From Nitrosopumilus sp. (GTDB taxonomy: Archaea > Thermoproteota > Nitrososphaeria > Nitrososphaerales > Nitrosopumilaceae), in NCBI GenBank assembly GCA_965219345.1, contig OZ244732.1, positions 736,001 through 800,000 of the forward strand: a stretch of DNA of 64,000 bases, read 5' to 3'. Below the pieces are notes generated by a model. That model saw nothing but the letters and a program-made list of their open reading frames with translations, was not told the DNA's origin and did not search any database. Position numbers and translations under genes: made by a program. Positions 60,836 through 64,000 of the stretch are shown in pieces (position 1 is the first letter of the stretch; each line of letters begins with the position of its first letter).

Positions 60836-60998
60836 ATGGAAAACACCGATAATGATTTGTTAGAAAGAGCAGTCCAAGCCTCAATGACTGAAGTAGATGG
60901 AAAAAATAAGTGGAAAACCATCATTCAAAACGCCTCACTAAACACAACTACCGAGTAATTTTTTTGGAGAAATTAGGTCACCAACTTGCAACAGAGCC
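60836..60998 (+). mobile_element. IS6 right-end remnant (transposase tail plus TIR)
   Basis: short ORF ending VDGKNKWKTIIQNASLNTTTE*, then AACTTGCAACAGAGCC (reverse complement GGCTCTGTTGCAAGTT, an IS6-type TIR). Confidence 0.75.
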
Positions 60999-61340
60999 AA
61001 GGATGATAAAAAACGAAAATTTTATCCTAATTCCCGTTTCAAATCTGGTAGTATTAGATATAGGGATATGGAGGATGTATGGATAATCAATCGCAAGTAT
61101 TGGAGAAATGAAAAGAAAACTCCTACAAAATTACCCTCGGAAATAATCCAAAAAGTCCTTCAATACACAAGTAAGCCCGATGATCTGGTTTTAGATCCTT
61201 TTTTGGGATCAGGTCAAGTCGCAGTAGTTAGTAAAGAAATGGGTAGACGTTATCTGGGATTTGAAATGATTAAGGAGTACTATGATTTTGCTAAAAAAAG
61301 GATTGGTAATGCCAAGATCCAGAAATTATTAGAAGACTAG
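60999..61340 (+). pseudogene. 3' fragment of beta-class DNA methyltransferase
   Basis: EDVW, PTKLP, VLDPFLGSG, YLGFE; 5' end cut at the IS6 TIR. Confidence 0.8.
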
Positions 61341-61430
61341 CATGCTGTTCAATTCGGGACATGAGGGGCAAATGTCCAGAGTTTGGAACAGTGTAAGATT
61401 TTTTAGCAGGGGTATTTCTATCAACAATAC

Positions 61431-61994
61431 ATGGTTCCAAATACCAAGGATTTTGAATTAAAATTATCTGAATTGTTGAGAAATGCAGAACTACAAAAGC
61501 GGAGATTCACAGATATTTCTTCTGGAAATCTCCACCAATTGGTAGGTGGTTATCCATCAACAAAGAATGAAGATCATGCGATGCCAACTTGTTGTAATGT
61601 CATGCGTAAGTTTCAAAAACCAAATGACGAAATTTTACATGAATCACCTAGTGGTCAAAGTACGACATTAGTGATTCGTTATCATCTTCCTAGATCTTTA
61701 TACAAAATAGCAGTTGGCAATACAAAAATCTGTCCAATTTGTAAAGATTCCAACTTCAATAATATTGAACCCAAATTCATGTTTGCAGTATATTTTAACA
61801 TAAATAACAAACATGTCATGATCCATAAAAATAATATTCATAAACTAGAGATTCATGGCGGTATCCATAATTATAATTCAGGGGATTGGAAATATTTTGT
61901 TACAGAAGACGAAGCTAAAAGTTATGCTGAAAGTATCCATAAATCAAAAGCACTTCCAAGGCCAACATATTGTAAAACATGTTACAACAGTTAG
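61431..61994 (+). CDS. two-domain hypothetical protein with Cys/His motifs
   Basis: SGNLHQLVGGYP..HAMPTCCNVM..PSGQST, CPIC, GDW..F...EA, YCKTC. Confidence 0.65.
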   Translation: MVPNTKDFELKLSELLRNAELQKRRFTDISSGNLHQLVGGYPSTKNEDHAMPTCCNVMRKFQKPNDEILHESPSGQSTTLVIRYHLPRSLYKIAVGNTKICPICKDSNFNNIEPKFMFAVYFNINNKHVMIHKNNIHKLEIHGGIHNYNSGDWKYFVTEDEAKSYAESIHKSKALPRPTYCKTCYNS

Positions 61995-62090
61995 TATCAT
62001 CAAATGATGTGGAAGTACTTTCCTTTGATAAACATAAAGTATCTCTACCCAAAGGAGATTTGAAGAAAGGTAACTGTTCACGTCATTTGA

Positions 62091-62534
62091 CCCCCCCGTC
62101 TAGACGTATTTTGCCATCTCTGCGAGGTGATCCAGCCCCGCGTTCTTCCACGTCGCAAAGCATGTGAAGATGTTGCCCATCGGGTCTGCAGTCTTCTCTG
62201 ACCGCAGCGCGCCGCGAATCTTCCTTATGCTGTTCAGCAGGACGGTGGGAGGCCTGCCTGACCTTGGGCCGTCCTGCAGGCCACCGGGTCCGCGGCTCTT
62301 GAACCTCTCAATCCACAGCCTGACGCACCTTGACGTAACGCCAAATACCTCCGCAACGTGGGAGACGGGGTCGCCCAGCTTGAGTACTGCGCGTACTGCA
62401 AGCATCCTGACCCGTGCCCTGAGATCCTTTTCTGCACCTATTGCGTCATCTAGCTCTTCTAGTCTGTCCATAGGACTCGTGATTCGTATGATCAATAAGC
62501 TTTGCTGTCCGATCAATTTATGCGGAAATTACTT
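62091..62534 (-). mobile_element. IS630-family remnant (HTH half of transposase)
   Basis: RARVRMLAV, VAEVFGVT..VRLWIERF, GPRSGRPP; GC-rich; DDE part absent. Confidence 0.8.
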
Positions 62535-62758
62535 TGGAGCGTCACTATGGGCTCGCACACTTCTTTTGGAGAAGATCTTAAAACTCACTTTAGGACGGCA
62601 AACCTTGGAGATCACTTATTTTGAACAGAGCCTTATTTTCGGGGAATAAGTATTCCTGATCCCAGGCATTGCTGTACGGAAACCGGTCAAACTATTGGAA
62701 AATCACATGGAATGTACAAGGATAGTACTGATCTGGCATTATACGGTATGCTTAAATA

Positions 62759-63049
62759 TTGGTCGCCAAACATACAGCTACGTCAAAACCACAAAACTTT
62801 ACAGTAACTTTTGTAATTCAGGGACAAGGGTTTTCGGTAGAGATAGATCCCAAACAACAAGTTATAGAAGGAGTTGTAAAGGCATTGCAACAGTCAGGTA
62901 ACTCGGGTGATGCAAATGAATGGAAAGTAAGAACCGAGAGTGGGCAAGAGCTATTTACAGACAAAAGTTTCGAAGAGCAAGAGATCAAGAGCACAACCAA
63001 ATTGTTTCTTAACAAAGGCCCCGGTCGTGGTGGAATTACCAATCCTTGA
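62759..63049 (+). CDS. ubiquitin-like protein (BilA/DUF2604-like) with GG followed by ITNP extension
   Basis: beta-grasp pattern, ALQQSGNSG...WKVRTESG, LFLNKGPGRGG|ITNP. Confidence 0.8.
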   Translation: MVAKHTATSKPQNFTVTFVIQGQGFSVEIDPKQQVIEGVVKALQQSGNSGDANEWKVRTESGQELFTDKSFEEQEIKSTTKLFLNKGPGRGGITNP

Positions 63050-63506
63050 ACCCGCAGTTTCAAAAATAAAATTTGAACAGGCAGTTAATGAGCTTAAATC
63101 AGTTCAGGAAACCTACAAAAAAGTTTGGAAGCTACGGCATATAAAATATCCTATAATCTTAATTGACATTTTATCGGAAAATAAAAACACAGGACTAACG
63201 CTTCTTCTGAATCTTGAAAATTGGGATTTTCTTCCCCCGAGTGCCACATTAATAGATAAAGACCTACGAAATAATCTGACTCCGGATCATGTACCTGAAT
63301 CATTTGATAATCCTCAGCACCCTGTTAAGCATATCGTTTTTAATCAGAACTTGAGACAAATCTGGTTTTGCAGCCCAGGTTTTTTTGAATATCATCAGTT
63401 CTATCCAGAAGACAGGTGGGAATTGATCAAAAAGACGGGTGAAGGAACTATAACTTGGATCGTTGAAAGAGCATGTAACTTAATTGACATACAGGGATTG
63501 GAATGA
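63030..63506 (+). CDS. prokaryotic E2-like protein (BilB-like)
   Basis: EPAVSKIKFE, NWDFLPPS, WFCSPGFFEYH..EDRW with candidate catalytic Cys; GTG start overlapping the Ubl gene. Confidence 0.75.
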   Translation: MELPILEPAVSKIKFEQAVNELKSVQETYKKVWKLRHIKYPIILIDILSENKNTGLTLLLNLENWDFLPPSATLIDKDLRNNLTPDHVPESFDNPQHPVKHIVFNQNLRQIWFCSPGFFEYHQFYPEDRWELIKKTGEGTITWIVERACNLIDIQGLE

Positions 63507-63976
63507 CGTCACTTGTAAATATAAAAAAAATAAATCTTTCAATCTGTGTGCTGGAATATACTTTCAATTTTCTTCAAGAATATGGACACGAGCATTTAGA
63601 GGCTCACGCCATTTGGGTGGGAAAGAAAACAGGCATAGTGTTTGACGTATTGGACGTGTGGTTTCCAGCTCAGATTAACAGTGCCACATCATATGAGGTC
63701 CCAGAGGAGGAAGAATTCAAGATTAATGTAGAGCTAAACAGACAAAAGTTAATCGCAATCGCCCAGATCCATACCCACCCCGATTCTGCATTCCATAGTA
63801 GCATTGATGACGAAGGTTCTGAACTAGTCCTTCCTGGTTCGCTCAGCATTGTAATACCGAACTTTGGTTTTATAAAACAAGATGATCTTTCATTATGGAA
63901 AGTATACCGGTACACAGGAAAATCTTGGGAACAACTATCTGACCAGGAAGTAGTTAAAATATGTCACCTGATTTAA
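63503..63976 (+). CDS. JAB/MPN+ deubiquitinase-like metalloprotease (BilC-like)
   Basis: E...QIHTHPDSAFHSSIDD JAMM motif, SIVIPNFG; ATGA overlap with the E2 gene. Confidence 0.88.
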   Translation: MTSLVNIKKINLSICVLEYTFNFLQEYGHEHLEAHAIWVGKKTGIVFDVLDVWFPAQINSATSYEVPEEEEFKINVELNRQKLIAIAQIHTHPDSAFHSSIDDEGSELVLPGSLSIVIPNFGFIKQDDLSLWKVYRYTGKSWEQLSDQEVVKICHLI

Positions 63977-64000
63977 ACTTCAACGATCAGTCAGTTCAGA
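63961..64000 (+). CDS. start of a downstream gene (predicted E1/BilD-like), runs off the window
   Basis: ATG at 63961 overlapping the JAB gene end, open frame MSPDLNFNDQSVQ; identity inferred only from operon context. Confidence 0.35.
   Translation, partial: MSPDLNFNDQSVQ

Larger units (their letters stand above)
55392..61393. mobile_element. candidate 6-kb TA-flanked cargo element bounded by inverted repeats
   Basis: 55389-55416 and reverse complement of 61369-61396 match at 25/28; TA immediately outside both ends. Confidence 0.45.

Noticed and set aside
1-64000. CRISPR array or cas genes
   Set aside because: No regularly spaced repeat-spacer array and no Cas motifs seen; the repeats found have only 2-3 copies.

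Overview
AT-rich archaeal chromosome segment. Gene content (cobalamin cluster, rpl44e/rps27e, thermosome, csl4, dph2, tiaS, class II HMG-CoA reductase, his operon, archaeal initiator tRNA) points to a Nitrosopumilus-like ammonia-oxidising archaeon. The heavy IS load and GC-rich ISs suggest a host-associated lineage, which is inference. Two core stretches (1-8.9 kb, 21.4-51.7 kb) are separated by island 1 (8928-21350). Island 1 holds a 12-kb segment apparently inverted by a 128-bp IS6-type MITE, an IS6 transporter element carrying a restriction-modification pair with a G11 tract, an IS630-broken subtilase/adhesin, a DUF3800 gene with a convergent three-stem ncRNA, and an OLD nuclease hit by IS481. 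Island 2 (51.8 kb to the window end) holds an atypical tRNA-like gene with an upstream structured RNA, IS relics, an MvaI-like R-M locus and DUF488. It ends in a Ubl-E2-JAB(-E1?) operon resembling the bacterial Bil/ISG15-like antiviral ubiquitination system, here in an archaeon. All calls are by-eye motif recognition; no database searches were run.
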